A DNA stretch of 64,000 nucleotides from Candidatus Nanohaloarchaea archaeon (GTDB lineage Archaea > Nanohalarchaeota > Nanosalinia > Nanosalinales > Nanosalinaceae), in the NCBI GenBank assembly GCA_042218075.1, contig JBDGRK010000003.1:50754-114753 (forward strand), written 5' to 3'. Under the pieces are notes generated by a model. It was not told where the DNA came from. It did no database searches and worked only from the letters and a program-made list of their open reading frames with translations. A program made the position numbers and the translations under genes. This document shows, piece by piece, positions 11,018-20,918 of the stretch. Each line of letters begins with the position of its first letter. Within the stretch, counting starts at the first letter, position 1.

Positions 11018-11236
11018 TTAGATGAATCCCGCTGCGACCAGCGCGACCACGAACCCGAAGATAACCATGGTCTCCGGGATGACTGTAAGCACCAGCACCT
11101 GTCCGAACAGACTGTCGTCTTCAGCGATTGCTCCAACACCGGAGCTTCCGATCTTAGCCTGTGCCCATCCTGTTCCGATAGCTGCCAGTCCCACAGCGAT
11201 TCCTGCACCGATCATTGCGAGTGGTTCTCCTGCCAT
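11018..11236 (-). CDS. atpK: A-type ATP synthase proteolipid subunit K (c)
   Basis: Two TM helices, AQAKIG and IPET ion-binding glutamate. Confidence 0.95.
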   Translation of the reverse strand: MAGEPLAMIGAGIAVGLAAIGTGWAQAKIGSSGVGAIAEDDSLFGQVLVLTVIPETMVIFGFVVALVAAGFI

Positions 11237-11272
11237 TCAAATTTCACCTCTCTTCTTTTGTTTTGATTTCAT
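11237..11272 (-). CDS. Putative 11-aa uORF (MKSKQKKRGEI) abutting atpK
   Basis: Own GGTGA SD at 11282-11286; TGA immediately followed by atpK ATG. Confidence 0.35.
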   Translation of the reverse strand: MKSKQKKRGEI

Positions 11273-11321
11273 GTTGATTTTCACCTAGAGTATTCTTTTA
11301 TGGTCATCGTGAAAGATTTCA

Positions 11322-13148
11322 TCAGATTTCCCTCGCACCGAAAGGAGAGTACTTCTTTCCTCCTCCCTCGTAAAATTTTGAGAACATCTCCACGTAGTGG
11401 AGGCGGATTCCCTGAAGGAATCCTTCCATGATTTTGATGAAAGTGTTGAAGCTGTGGCCCACCATCAGCATTAGAACCCCTGCAGCAATCCCCAGAAGAC
11501 TGCCTGTGGCGAACAACGGATGAGCGAAGGCATTCACAACTTTTGCCAGTGAAAAAGCCGCCACCGAGACCCCAAAAAGCCTCAGGTAGGAAAGCACGTT
11601 CGAAAGCAGCGAAGGTATCTCGATTACTCCTGCTATTCCCTCTCCCAGGTAAAGCAGTATCACCGCGACAGCGAACACTGGTGCTCCAGCCTTCAATCCC
11701 AGGAAGAACGCCAGAGCGACAGCGATCTCCAGCAGCAACCAGCTTCCCTTTTCCAGGAAAGCTTCTCTGAAGCCGTGCTTCACATGTTCATTATAAAATC
11801 CGAGGAGATATCCGGCGTTTATGTGGATTATTCCTATAAGTGCCGACAGCTGGAAGACCTGCGACCAGTGGGCGGAACGATGGAATAGAATAGGGATTTT
11901 CTCGAACAGGTGGATGCCCGTGGCCTTTGCCAGTTCCGAGTGATGTCCAAATATGATGTAACCAAAAGCGTCGCCGTATATCAACCCGAATATTATCGTG
12001 GCGACGGAAGCGTACATTAGAGACCTGAAAATCTTCTCCGCCTCTGGAAAGAACCTGTAGCCCGCGTAGAAAACCGCCAGAGATGAAAGACCGTAGCCCG
12101 CATCCCCTATCATGAAGCCGAAGAACAGCGGGAAGGTAAGGAAGATTATAAACGATGGGTCCAGCTCATTATATCTTGGAACAGACATAAGGTCGGTGAG
12201 AGATTCAAAGGATCTTACAGGGCCGGGATTTTGGTGCTTAACCGGGGGATTTTCTCCCTCAATCTTCTCCACGTGGATTTTTCCTTCAGTCTCACCTGCA
12301 AGCTCCTCCTCCATCTCACTGAACCTCTCCGCAGGTATCCATCCCTCTGCCACGAACGTTTCTTCAGTAGTACCGAACTCCAGCGGTGCTTCAGCCTTCT
12401 CAACCTTCTCCGCCAGGAATTCTTCGGCCTCTTCAAGCTCGGGCCTCCACTTCCCAGCCAGGTTCTCCAGACTCTTCCTTTTTTCCCTCTTCTCCTTTTC
12501 GAAAGATTCAATCTCTACCTGAATCTTCTCAATTATTTCCGAAGGGCGACCATCAAACTCCGAATCTACAACACCAAATTCCTCGATTGATGCATCTCTT
12601 ACAGCTTTCTCCCTGTTCTCTCCTTCCTGGAAGAAAACAACCTCTGCTTCTTCTCCCTCCAAAACTTCGTATCTTTCATCCGGCATTTTTTTACTGAGTG
12701 TCTCCAGGTCGATCCTTCCCACGAAGCAGTCAAGCTCCCTGGTTCCTTCAAGGTCACGGTACTCGATGCCAGCTCCCTCCAGCTTCTCGAAGTATTCTCT
12801 CTGCTCCTCCAGCTTTGCAATACTGTTATCGATAGCAGAAATCTGCTCCTCTAGATCATTTACCTCCTGGTTTAGCTCCGGGATATTTTCCTGTATCTCG
12901 GCTATTGTTCTTCCGCTACCTGATTCTCCCTCTACCTGGGGAAGCTTTGAAATCGTCGAACGGAGATCAACAATAAGCTGGGATACTTGCTCCGCTTCCT
13001 CAAGACTTTCTCCTTTTTCAAGATCGCCATCGTAGTTTTCAATATCCAGTAGCTGCATGGAGTGAAGCCTCTCCACTACCGGCCTGAGATTCTCTTTCAG
13101 TCCAACTATTGAAACCTTCTCCATCTCTGCAGGTCTGATAAATTTCAC
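11322..13148 (-). CDS. atpI: A-type ATP synthase subunit I (a)
   Basis: PRYNELDPS, FFGFMIGDAGYG, LSYLRL, IRLHYVEMFSKFY. Confidence 0.96.
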   Translation of the reverse strand: MKFIRPAEMEKVSIVGLKENLRPVVERLHSMQLLDIENYDGDLEKGESLEEAEQVSQLIVDLRSTISKLPQVEGESGSGRTIAEIQENIPELNQEVNDLEEQISAIDNSIAKLEEQREYFEKLEGAGIEYRDLEGTRELDCFVGRIDLETLSKKMPDERYEVLEGEEAEVVFFQEGENREKAVRDASIEEFGVVDSEFDGRPSEIIEKIQVEIESFEKEKREKRKSLENLAGKWRPELEEAEEFLAEKVEKAEAPLEFGTTEETFVAEGWIPAERFSEMEEELAGETEGKIHVEKIEGENPPVKHQNPGPVRSFESLTDLMSVPRYNELDPSFIIFLTFPLFFGFMIGDAGYGLSSLAVFYAGYRFFPEAEKIFRSLMYASVATIIFGLIYGDAFGYIIFGHHSELAKATGIHLFEKIPILFHRSAHWSQVFQLSALIGIIHINAGYLLGFYNEHVKHGFREAFLEKGSWLLLEIAVALAFFLGLKAGAPVFAVAVILLYLGEGIAGVIEIPSLLSNVLSYLRLFGVSVAAFSLAKVVNAFAHPLFATGSLLGIAAGVLMLMVGHSFNTFIKIMEGFLQGIRLHYVEMFSKFYEGGGKKYSPFGAREI

Positions 13149-13469
13149 CTACTGGAACTCATCTTCAAACTTTTGCCACAAGAAATCTTCCGCTTCATCA
13201 ACTTGTGAGGACCCGGTCTGTCTCAGTTTTTCTGCTTCTCCTCTTCCTTCCTCAATCATCCTTTCTTTTTCCTGTTCCATTTCCTCCCTGAAGTTTTCCA
13301 TCCTCTTCATCCGATCTTTTTCTGCTTCATTCCTGGCTTCTTCCACTATGCTTTCCGCTCTTTCCCTCGCATCACTGACAATTTGCTCTTTCTCCTCTCT
13401 CGCATCTTCAACTATAGAACTGGCGTCTTTCTCAGCTTTACGTACTTCCTTAACAACTGTTTCAGCCAT
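13149..13469 (-). CDS. atpH: A-type ATP synthase subunit H
   Basis: Charged coiled coil, first gene of operon. Confidence 0.85.
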   Translation of the reverse strand: MAETVVKEVRKAEKDASSIVEDAREEKEQIVSDARERAESIVEEARNEAEKDRMKRMENFREEMEQEKERMIEEGRGEAEKLRQTGSSQVDEAEDFLWQKFEDEFQ

Positions 13470-13601
13470 TATGTCACCATTAAATCGTGCGAACGCAGAA
13501 GTTTATAAAGGCTATCTTGGCGCTCACAGCGGCTTCCTTTATAAAAATTTTCCAAATTTTTCCAGCTCTTGATTATAAAGATTCCAGAATATAAATTTAG
13601 T

Positions 13602-14699
13602 ATGAAGGAGCGGGGTTACAGAATATTTGCTCCAGAAGAGGAAGAACCTGACAAGGATTCAGAAGTTTTCTACAACAGAGAGATGCTGACAAACAGGGAC
13701 CTCTCTGAGATAGCGGGAGAAGTTTTCGGCGAAAAGATCGATCCGGAAGAGTTCAGGTGCTGCGATGCCTTAACAGGTACCGGCATCCGTGGTTTAAGAT
13801 ACTCCTCTTTCTCCGACAGCACCTTCCTGAACGATGCTAACCCTGAAGCTGTAGAAGCCGCAGAAAAAGCAGTTGAGGCAAACAATATGGAGGCAGAGAT
13901 TTCCAATCTTGATGCAAATGTCTTCTTATCCGGGAACAGGAACTACTTTCACCTCATAGATATCGATCCCTTTGGACCCTTCACTCCCTACCTGGATTCG
14001 GCTGCAAGAGCCTCAAACCACCAGTCACTTGCTGGTTTTACCGCTACCGACAACGCTGTTGCATCAGGAAGCTACCGGAAGACCTGTATAAGGAGATACG
14101 GTTCGAAGCCTATCAAAAATAGTTTCATGCACGAGACCGGCCTGAGAATCTATATCAAAGAGATTTTCGAAAACTACGCCCGGCACGACAAGTGCTTCGA
14201 TCCAAAAGTGTGCTGGCATGAGAGGCATTACTCCAGGGTGATCGGCAGAGTTACCGAATCGAAGAAGAGGACGAACCGAAGTCTTGAAAATATCGGATAC
14301 CTTTCATTCTGCCCGGAATGCCGCTGGAGGAAGCTTGAGAGAAAGGAGAAGTGCGGTGGCTGCGGAAACACCGGTCTGGAATATGCTGGACCTATCTGGA
14401 CTGGGAAGTTTGCGGACCAGCGCTTTACAGCTAAAATGCTGGAAGAGATGAATGAAGATTGGGAGGAAAGCATGGAGTTGCTCCAGAGGATTGATGGGGA
14501 GGCAGAAATCTTGACACCTTTCTATGATCTCCACGAGCTCTGCTCGAGCATCGGAATCCACGTACCGAAGAGAGACAAGGTTATTGAGGAAATCAGGCAG
14601 AAAGGCTATCCGGTTTCGAGGACTCACTTCTCCGCCACCGGTTTCAGGACTGACGCACCTATTGGAGACGTGAAAGAAATTATCAAGAGTTCTGATTAA
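13602..14699 (+). CDS. trm1: tRNA (guanine-26-N2)-dimethyltransferase
   Basis: VFYN..M..NRD, TGIRGLRY, IDIDPFG, CxxC zinc site, GPIWTG. Confidence 0.94.
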   Translation: MKERGYRIFAPEEEEPDKDSEVFYNREMLTNRDLSEIAGEVFGEKIDPEEFRCCDALTGTGIRGLRYSSFSDSTFLNDANPEAVEAAEKAVEANNMEAEISNLDANVFLSGNRNYFHLIDIDPFGPFTPYLDSAARASNHQSLAGFTATDNAVASGSYRKTCIRRYGSKPIKNSFMHETGLRIYIKEIFENYARHDKCFDPKVCWHERHYSRVIGRVTESKKRTNRSLENIGYLSFCPECRWRKLERKEKCGGCGNTGLEYAGPIWTGKFADQRFTAKMLEEMNEDWEESMELLQRIDGEAEILTPFYDLHELCSSIGIHVPKRDKVIEEIRQKGYPVSRTHFSATGFRTDAPIGDVKEIIKSSD

Positions 14700-14707
14700 C
14701 TTAGATC

Positions 14708-15676
14708 ATGGATATTAACCAAACAGATGTGGTAAAAGCAGTTTCTCATGTTAGAGATGAAAATGTTTCGAACATCAAAGACGTTTCCAGCAGCGCCAAG
14801 AAAACTTTCAGGGTAGAATTCAAAAAATCCATAAACCTGATCGTCTGCTTCAGTAGCAAAGAACTGAAGAAAAGGTTCAGGAAAGAAGAAAAAGTGGTGG
14901 AACTGGTGAACAGGAGAACAAACATCCCTACCCAGAGAATAGTCTACTCCAGTCTGGACTCAGACCCAATGTTTTACATAGCTGAGGAGATGGAGGGAAC
15001 TGAATGTCTGGAATTATATGAAGCACTCTCCTTCACCGAAAAGAAGAAAATAGTAAAACAGATCGGGAAAATACTGGCGGTGCTTCACAGCCAGACCGAA
15101 TTCGAATCACATGGAGACTTGATTCTCTCAAGTGGAAAACTAAGAGTTCAAGATGAACCTTCATGGAAAGAATACCTTCAAAAATTTATACTGGGAGAAA
15201 TAGAAAAACTGGAAGGTACAAGATTTGAAGATTTACAGCAGAACTACCGGAAATATCTCAAGCAGAACCTAGACCTGCTGGGAACAGAGAAACCAGTACT
15301 TGTCCACTTCGATGTCTCTCCCGATAACATCTTCCTGGAAGACACTGATGTATCCGGAATAATCGACTGGGAGCGATCATTTTCCGGGCACTCGGAATGG
15401 GATCTCGCCTACACTGAGACACAGATGATTCACAGATTTATCGAAAACGATGAAGAGATCAAGAAACTTAAGGAGGCATTCTACAGCAGCTATAGAGAAA
15501 ATTACAGGCTGGAAGACGGATGGAAGGAAAGAATTGAGTTCTACAAGACACTGAAAGCTATCTATGCAATGAGATATTTCGAGAGCTGGACGGAAAAAGA
15601 AGGACTAACAGCTAAGGAGAGGAAGGAAGAGGAGGAAATCCTGAGAAATATACTGAAGCAAAACTGTAGCAAATAG
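14708..15676 (+). CDS. APH/choline-kinase family phosphotransferase
   Basis: LVHFDVSPDNI and IIDWE motifs. Confidence 0.88.
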   Translation: MDINQTDVVKAVSHVRDENVSNIKDVSSSAKKTFRVEFKKSINLIVCFSSKELKKRFRKEEKVVELVNRRTNIPTQRIVYSSLDSDPMFYIAEEMEGTECLELYEALSFTEKKKIVKQIGKILAVLHSQTEFESHGDLILSSGKLRVQDEPSWKEYLQKFILGEIEKLEGTRFEDLQQNYRKYLKQNLDLLGTEKPVLVHFDVSPDNIFLEDTDVSGIIDWERSFSGHSEWDLAYTETQMIHRFIENDEEIKKLKEAFYSSYRENYRLEDGWKERIEFYKTLKAIYAMRYFESWTEKEGLTAKERKEEEEILRNILKQNCSK

Positions 15677-15699
15677 TCTCTGGACAGAAAACAACTTAA

Positions 15700-15717
15700 G
15701 TGTACAAAATGTATACA
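15700..15717. promoter_or_regulatory. Probable VapB operator (imperfect inverted repeat GTGTACA-AAA-TGTATAC)
   Basis: Inverted repeat just upstream of the RHH antitoxin gene. Confidence 0.4.
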
Positions 15718-15728
15718 TTGATGTGAAG

Positions 15729-15992
15729 ATGGGAACTGTCAGCATCAGGATGCCGGATGAAGAGATCGAGAAGCTGGAGAGACTGGCTGAAAGAGAGGGA
15801 AAGAGTCGTTCCGCTTTTTTGAGAGAGATAGCGGAGGAAAAGATAGAGAAAGATTCGACTTCGAGTCTCTGGGATCTCGCAGGTATTTTATCCGATGAAG
15901 AAGCAGAAGAAATGAGGGAAGTAATAAAGGAAAAAAGAAAGAAAACTACAGAAGATTTAAAGAAGAGGGCAAAAGAGGCGTTTGAAGATTGA
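15729..15992 (+). CDS. vapB: RHH/CopG antitoxin
   Basis: TVSIRMPDE..LERLA..EGKSRSAFLR; overlaps PIN gene. Confidence 0.85.
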   Translation: MGTVSIRMPDEEIEKLERLAEREGKSRSAFLREIAEEKIEKDSTSSLWDLAGILSDEEAEEMREVIKEKRKKTTEDLKKRAKEAFED

Positions 15993-16387
15993 TTGTAGAC
16001 ACATCTTTCATAATCGATCTTATGGACGACAAAGAGGAGGCGATAAAAAAACTCACTGAAATCGAGAAAAGAGATGTCACAATTTCCGTTACACCCGTAA
16101 CTGCATTTGAACTACGTTATGGTGCACTCCAATACCACGACACGGAGTCTGAGAAGACGAAGATAAATCAGACACTTGACGAACTATCTACCAGAAGATT
16201 GCCGCTTGGATGGAGCCAGGGAAACCAGGCAGCGGAAATAATGCATAAACTAGAAAAACAAGGCGACAAGATCGAGTTCGAAGACGTCACCATCGCCTCC
16301 CTAGCCAAAGACACAGACCAGAAAATCCTCACCGGAAACCCGGAACACTTCCAGAAAATCAACGGAGTAGAAGTCGAGAGCTACTGA
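15989..16387 (+). CDS. vapC: PIN-domain toxin
   Basis: IVDTSFIID, ELRYG, EDVTIA, LTGNPEHF. Confidence 0.92.
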   Translation: MIVDTSFIIDLMDDKEEAIKKLTEIEKRDVTISVTPVTAFELRYGALQYHDTESEKTKINQTLDELSTRRLPLGWSQGNQAAEIMHKLEKQGDKIEFEDVTIASLAKDTDQKILTGNPEHFQKINGVEVESY

Positions 16388-16445
16388 AGCTCCAGAAACT
16401 CTGGGAAAGCTACATCTACAACGAAGAACAAGACCGGCCTCATGG

Positions 16446-17021
16446 TTAGACCTTTTCTAATTCACCATATTCAACTCTGTACGAACTGAGTTGACTCCAA
16501 GGATCGCTATTATCGTACCACTCAGGATTACGAGAAACCAGACTCTGGAAATGAATTACAGCAGCTTTGTCCCTATCCTGGAGAGCCTCTATTTCCTCCA
16601 TGTCCGAAGGATGTCCTGGAGGATCTATCATCTTGAAACCCTCCTGATCCGAATAAATTATGTTCTTATAAAGGTCGCCATGAGCTAGCCCTTTTTCATG
16701 CATCTTCTCAACTAAGTCAAAAAGCCGTATAACTCTTTCCACTCCGGTAGTTAAACCGAAATCAGGCATATTGAAATAGCTATCAATTCTTCTCCCGGAA
16801 ACCTTATTCATCGAATAACCAGTTAACTCGCCTTCTAAGAACATTGGATTTAACGGCTCTACTACATGATCTGGCATTTCTTCATGAAGGACATTTAACC
16901 ACTCCCACTCTGCCTCAAAGCTCTTATTCTCAATCGGGACCAAGTTAGGGTAAGTTCTATCCAACTCCCACTTAAAGTGGCGGTTATCCAAAATATCCAG
17001 ATCAGGTTTTGAAACAGACAT
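16446..17021 (-). CDS. Minimal protein-kinase-fold (RIO/Bud32-like) orphan
   Basis: MHEKGLAHGDLYKNII...FKMIDP catalytic loop and metal-binding Asp. Confidence 0.65.
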   Translation of the reverse strand: MSVSKPDLDILDNRHFKWELDRTYPNLVPIENKSFEAEWEWLNVLHEEMPDHVVEPLNPMFLEGELTGYSMNKVSGRRIDSYFNMPDFGLTTGVERVIRLFDLVEKMHEKGLAHGDLYKNIIYSDQEGFKMIDPPGHPSDMEEIEALQDRDKAAVIHFQSLVSRNPEWYDNSDPWSQLSSYRVEYGELEKV

Positions 17022-17068
17022 TAGAACCCTCTGAACTGATGAAGAAACAAGAGAAAAATGAAAGATAT

Positions 17069-18157
17069 TTAGTTGGACTTCTCTTCCAGTTCTTCCTCGA
17101 GGCCGAGTTTCTCCGCAAGTTCCTTGTAGCGGTTCCTGATAGTGACTTCGGTAACTCCCACTACATCCGCAACTTCTCTCTGGGTTCTCTTCTCTCCTTC
17201 AAGCACCGCTGCGATGTAGAGCGCTGCTGCGGCAAGACCTGTAGGTCCTTTGCCGGAAAGAAGATCTTTCTCCCTAGCCTCTTTCAGGATGTTCCTGGCT
17301 CTGGCCTGTACTTCTCCGGATAGCTGTAGCTTTCCAGCGAAGCGTGGAACATAGTCCTGAGGCTTCGCGGGAAGAATCCTGAGTCCGAGTTCCCTTGCCA
17401 CATACCTGTAGGCTCGTCCTATCTCTCTTTTTTCAATACCGGATGCTTCGGAAATCTCGTCGAGTGTCCTCGGTGTCCCCTGCTTCCTCGCAACTATGTA
17501 GAGGAGTGCGGAGATGATCGATTCCATCGACCTTCCCCTGACAAGTCCCTGGTCGACAGCTTTTTCATAGAGTCGTGCGACCTCTTCGTGGACTGATTCC
17601 GGAAGGTTCAGGTTGGAAACCATCGAGTTGAGCTCGGAGAGCGCAAATCCTAGATTCCTGTCCTTTGACTTGGTAAGCCTCTTGTGCCACTTCCTCAGCC
17701 TGTAGTACTGGGCTCTCTTGTTACCTGAAACCTTGTAGAGCTCTCCGGATCCCTGGCCTATCTCGGTTGAGATACCCATGTCGTGCTTGGTGTAGGTCAG
17801 TGGCTGTCCGGCTCTCGCTTTCTTCTCCCTTTCCTGCTCGTTGAACGCTCTCCATTCAGCAGTCTCATCGATCCGGTCTTCCTCTATTACTAGACCACAT
17901 TCCACACAGGTGAGCTCTCCCTGTGCAGAGTTTTCCTCGAAGCGCTGTGCTTCGCATTCGGGACAGGTAAGTACGGTATCGCCTTCGTCGGCTTCCTCTC
18001 TTCTAACCTCGTAGCCTTTTCCGGCCTCAACTTCTTTGTCTTCAGTCTCCTGTTCTTCTTCAAGGTTTTCGTCTTCTTCCTCTTCTTCGTCCCATTCCTC
18101 AGGGACCTGGTACTCGTCAAATTCTCGACGTGGAACGTTGTGTGCTTGGTCTGACAT
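17069..18157 (-). CDS. tfb: Transcription initiation factor IIB
   Basis: CPEC..CVECG zinc ribbon, EWRAF, two cyclin repeats, RTQREVA..VGVTEVTIRNRY. Confidence 0.98.
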   Translation of the reverse strand: MSDQAHNVPRREFDEYQVPEEWDEEEEEDENLEEEQETEDKEVEAGKGYEVRREEADEGDTVLTCPECEAQRFEENSAQGELTCVECGLVIEEDRIDETAEWRAFNEQEREKKARAGQPLTYTKHDMGISTEIGQGSGELYKVSGNKRAQYYRLRKWHKRLTKSKDRNLGFALSELNSMVSNLNLPESVHEEVARLYEKAVDQGLVRGRSMESIISALLYIVARKQGTPRTLDEISEASGIEKREIGRAYRYVARELGLRILPAKPQDYVPRFAGKLQLSGEVQARARNILKEAREKDLLSGKGPTGLAAAALYIAAVLEGEKRTQREVADVVGVTEVTIRNRYKELAEKLGLEEELEEKSN

Positions 18158-18353
18158 AGTATTTTTAGCCTCTTTGACAGGGAAGCATCTGGTCTGGAGT
18201 TAGTAACCGATCTGCTAGAAATCCTTGACCCTCCCCTACGAATATTAAAGGGCGGCCCAAACTTTTAAATATCTTTTCCATAGTTGTTTATTGCTTTGTG
18301 ACAACATTTATCAGGGACAGCTAATATAATCCGTTAAAAACAATAATGTAACG

Positions 18354-19388
18354 ATGGAAGATCAGGAAAGATTCAAGAGAGAGGTGCTGGGAGTATCCAT
18401 CATTCTAGTTCTGGGGACAATATTAATAATATATCCGTTTCTGGATGCGATCGTGCTGGCCGTCGCGACATCTTACCTGTTGAGGCATGCCCACAGAAGG
18501 CTGAACGACAGGCTGGCTAACGAATTCCTGTCCTCGGTGGTGATAACTACCTCGATAGTAGGAATAATTACACTGGGAGTATTCATGTTCATAAGCAATT
18601 TTGACTATGTACTGGGGATGCTGAAATTCTTTGCATTTGATCTCCAGCAGAATATACAGGGTATAGTGGAAACATTGAACCTGCCGGATACCTACAATAA
18701 ATCCGCGGAGCAGTATATCGGGGCGGCCGTCCAGAACGTAAAGGCATGGCTCGAATCGAGTATTGCATCGGTTCCGGTGGTTGTGATTAACGTTGGTATA
18801 TACCTTGTTACTGCTATTTACCTCTACAGGGATGGGGAGAGAATAAAGCAGAGACTTTTTGACTTCGCGGAGAGTCTCTCCGAGAACGAGGAGAAAATAG
18901 TAAAAAGCCTGATAAGGTCGACGGATTCTATATTCAGGGGAGTCTTCATAACACAGTTGATGGTTGCGACGATACTGGCAGTTGTGGCGGGTATTGGCTT
19001 CTACATTATAGGGCTGATAACTTCGCCTATACCTTTTGCCGTATTCTGGTCATTACTGATAGGTATTGCGGCGCTACTGCCACTGGTCGCTGCTTTCATG
19101 TTCTACGGTCCGATAGGAGCATTCTACATATTTACAGGAGCTCCCCTGAAGGGTTTTCTCATCCTTGGTTTCGGGGCGGTATTCCTGAATATCCTGCCAG
19201 AAATGTTCCTAAGGCCTTTTGTGGGATCAAGACAGATGGACGAGCATCCACTGATAATATTCCTGGGATTCCTTGCCGGACCACTCACACTTGGACTGAA
19301 GGGAATAGTCCTGGGACCAGTAATACTGATCCTGTCGAAGGAGTTCTTCCTTAACTACAGCGAACTTGTTTCAGAACCCGAGAGCTAG
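18354..19388 (+). CDS. AI-2E family transporter
   Basis: Multi-TM; LRPFV..HPLIIFLGFLAG...GIVLGPVIL. Confidence 0.9.
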   Translation: MEDQERFKREVLGVSIILVLGTILIIYPFLDAIVLAVATSYLLRHAHRRLNDRLANEFLSSVVITTSIVGIITLGVFMFISNFDYVLGMLKFFAFDLQQNIQGIVETLNLPDTYNKSAEQYIGAAVQNVKAWLESSIASVPVVVINVGIYLVTAIYLYRDGERIKQRLFDFAESLSENEEKIVKSLIRSTDSIFRGVFITQLMVATILAVVAGIGFYIIGLITSPIPFAVFWSLLIGIAALLPLVAAFMFYGPIGAFYIFTGAPLKGFLILGFGAVFLNILPEMFLRPFVGSRQMDEHPLIIFLGFLAGPLTLGLKGIVLGPVILILSKEFFLNYSELVSEPES

Positions 19389-19806
19389 ATCCGCAGCCCG
19401 AGCAACTGGATTTAGAGAATTTTTTTCCGCAGTTTTTACACTCAGGCTTCCATTCGATCTTTTCCCTTACAGAATTTTCCAGAAAACCTCTGACATCTAC
19501 TCCGAGATGGAGACCCAGGTTCTGTACTGCCTTATCATCGGATACCAAGGTGTAATCTTTTTCCAGCGCAAGAGCCACAAGATTCTCATCTTCTGGGGAT
19601 GTGGGTGAGTTTATCTCTTTCGCCATATCTTCAACTCTCTCAATCGATTCCTGGCCCGGCTCCTCAATCCTGTAGCCAGTGCTTTCAAGCACGTTCCTTG
19701 AATTTTCCGACCTCAACTCCTCTATAACATCAGGTACAGTAAAAACCTTGAAGTCGAAGTTGCCCCGCCCGTGTATAAATACGTTTGCGTCCACCGCGGC
19801 TTTCAT
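19351..19806 (-). CDS. nob1: NOB1-family endonuclease
   Basis: VDANVFI PIN start, SDDKAVQN, C-terminal CxxC..CxxCG. Confidence 0.88.
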   Translation of the reverse strand: MKAAVDANVFIHGRGNFDFKVFTVPDVIEELRSENSRNVLESTGYRIEEPGQESIERVEDMAKEINSPTSPEDENLVALALEKDYTLVSDDKAVQNLGLHLGVDVRGFLENSVREKIEWKPECKNCGKKFSKSSCSGCGSSSRVLKQVRCS

Positions 19807-19896
19807 GACTGAGAGTTGACTTGAAACCATAAAAGTTTCAGCAGACCCGGGTAGTTATTAAAAACCTGAGACCGAGAATTTAACTGTGATAAGACA

Positions 19897-20094
19897 ATGA
19901 GCCTACCTAACGCACCAGTTGAAAGAATAATCCGGAACGCCGGAGCGGACAGAGTTTCAAAAGACGCTGTAGAAGAGCTGAGAGATGCAGTCGAGGATGT
20001 TGGAGAGGAAATTGCCAGGGAAGCAGTCGAGATGGCAGAGCACGCGGAAAGGAAAACCGTCAAGGCGTCGGATGTAACGATGGCGACCAAGTGA
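19897..20094 (+). CDS. Archaeal histone
   Basis: [29 protein letters not shown]. Confidence 0.96.
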   Translation: MSLPNAPVERIIRNAGADRVSKDAVEELRDAVEDVGEEIAREAVEMAEHAERKTVKASDVTMATK

Positions 20095-20128
20095 GTCCCA
20101 GGTTTTGTTGATTCCAGAGGTGTGAAAA

Positions 20129-20512
20129 GTGCCGCAGCAGATAGAGGCAGGTAAGGTCAGGAACGGAAGCTATGTGATGATAGATGGTGAGCCCTGCGAG
20201 GTCAGGAGCGTATCCAAGTCCTCTCCCGGCAAGCACGGCAGCGCCAAAGCCAAGATCAAGGCCAAGGAAGTTTTCGGGGGTAAAAACAGGCACATTACGA
20301 AGCCTGTAGACTCCATGATGATGTCTCCTGATGTAGAGAAAAAGGTGGGACAGGTTGTCTCAAAGGATGGAAACATCGCACAGGTCATGGATATGGAAAC
20401 CTACGAGACAGAGGAAATGCAGCTGCCTGACGACATAGAAGTTTCAGAGGGACAGGAGATAGAGTACCAGGTTATCGACGACAGGAAGCTTTTCGAAGGC
20501 GTGAGGGATTAA
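20129..20512 (+). CDS. eif5a: Translation factor aIF-5A
   Basis: SSPGKHGSAK hypusine motif. Confidence 0.96.
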   Translation: MPQQIEAGKVRNGSYVMIDGEPCEVRSVSKSSPGKHGSAKAKIKAKEVFGGKNRHITKPVDSMMMSPDVEKKVGQVVSKDGNIAQVMDMETYETEEMQLPDDIEVSEGQEIEYQVIDDRKLFEGVRD

Positions 20513-20865
20513 ATTCCAGTCATCTCGTATATCTCGATCAGGTTTCCGGAAGGATCTTTCACAAAGAATCCCCTGTGATCGTTCAGTTCGTATCCTGACT
20601 CCACATCCGCGATCCTTCCTATTCTTTCCCTTTCTGATTCCAGGTCTTTAACTTCGAAGGCGGGAATAGAATTATTACCGTAGACAACTTCTCTATTGTT
20701 TGATCCATCAGCTTCAGGATTGTAGAGACTGAACTGCATCTCTCCGTACCTGAATTTGACCAGTCTTTCGCTGGAGTGAACCGGTTCCTTTCCAAGAAGC
20801 TCGATGTAAAAGTTTTTAGCTTTTTCCAGGTTTTCTACCGTCAGCGACACGAAATTGAATTTCAC
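20509..20865 (-). CDS. VOC/glyoxalase family protein
   Basis: LEKAKNFY..LLG and FFVKDPSGNLIEI. Confidence 0.88.
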   Translation of the reverse strand: MKFNFVSLTVENLEKAKNFYIELLGKEPVHSSERLVKFRYGEMQFSLYNPEADGSNNREVVYGNNSIPAFEVKDLESERERIGRIADVESGYELNDHRGFFVKDPSGNLIEIYEMTGI

Positions 20866-20918
20866 GTAGAGGTCTTTGCCGACAACTGATTAAAACCTGA
20901 TTCTGTAATTTCTAAATT

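Noticed and set aside
16388-16449. Coding-like remnant KLQKLWESYIYNEEQDRPHG after vapC
   Set aside because: Too short to assign and has no start codon
17980-18157. Acidic N-terminal extension of TFB as a novelty
   Set aside because: Low-complexity acidic extensions are common in halophile TFBs
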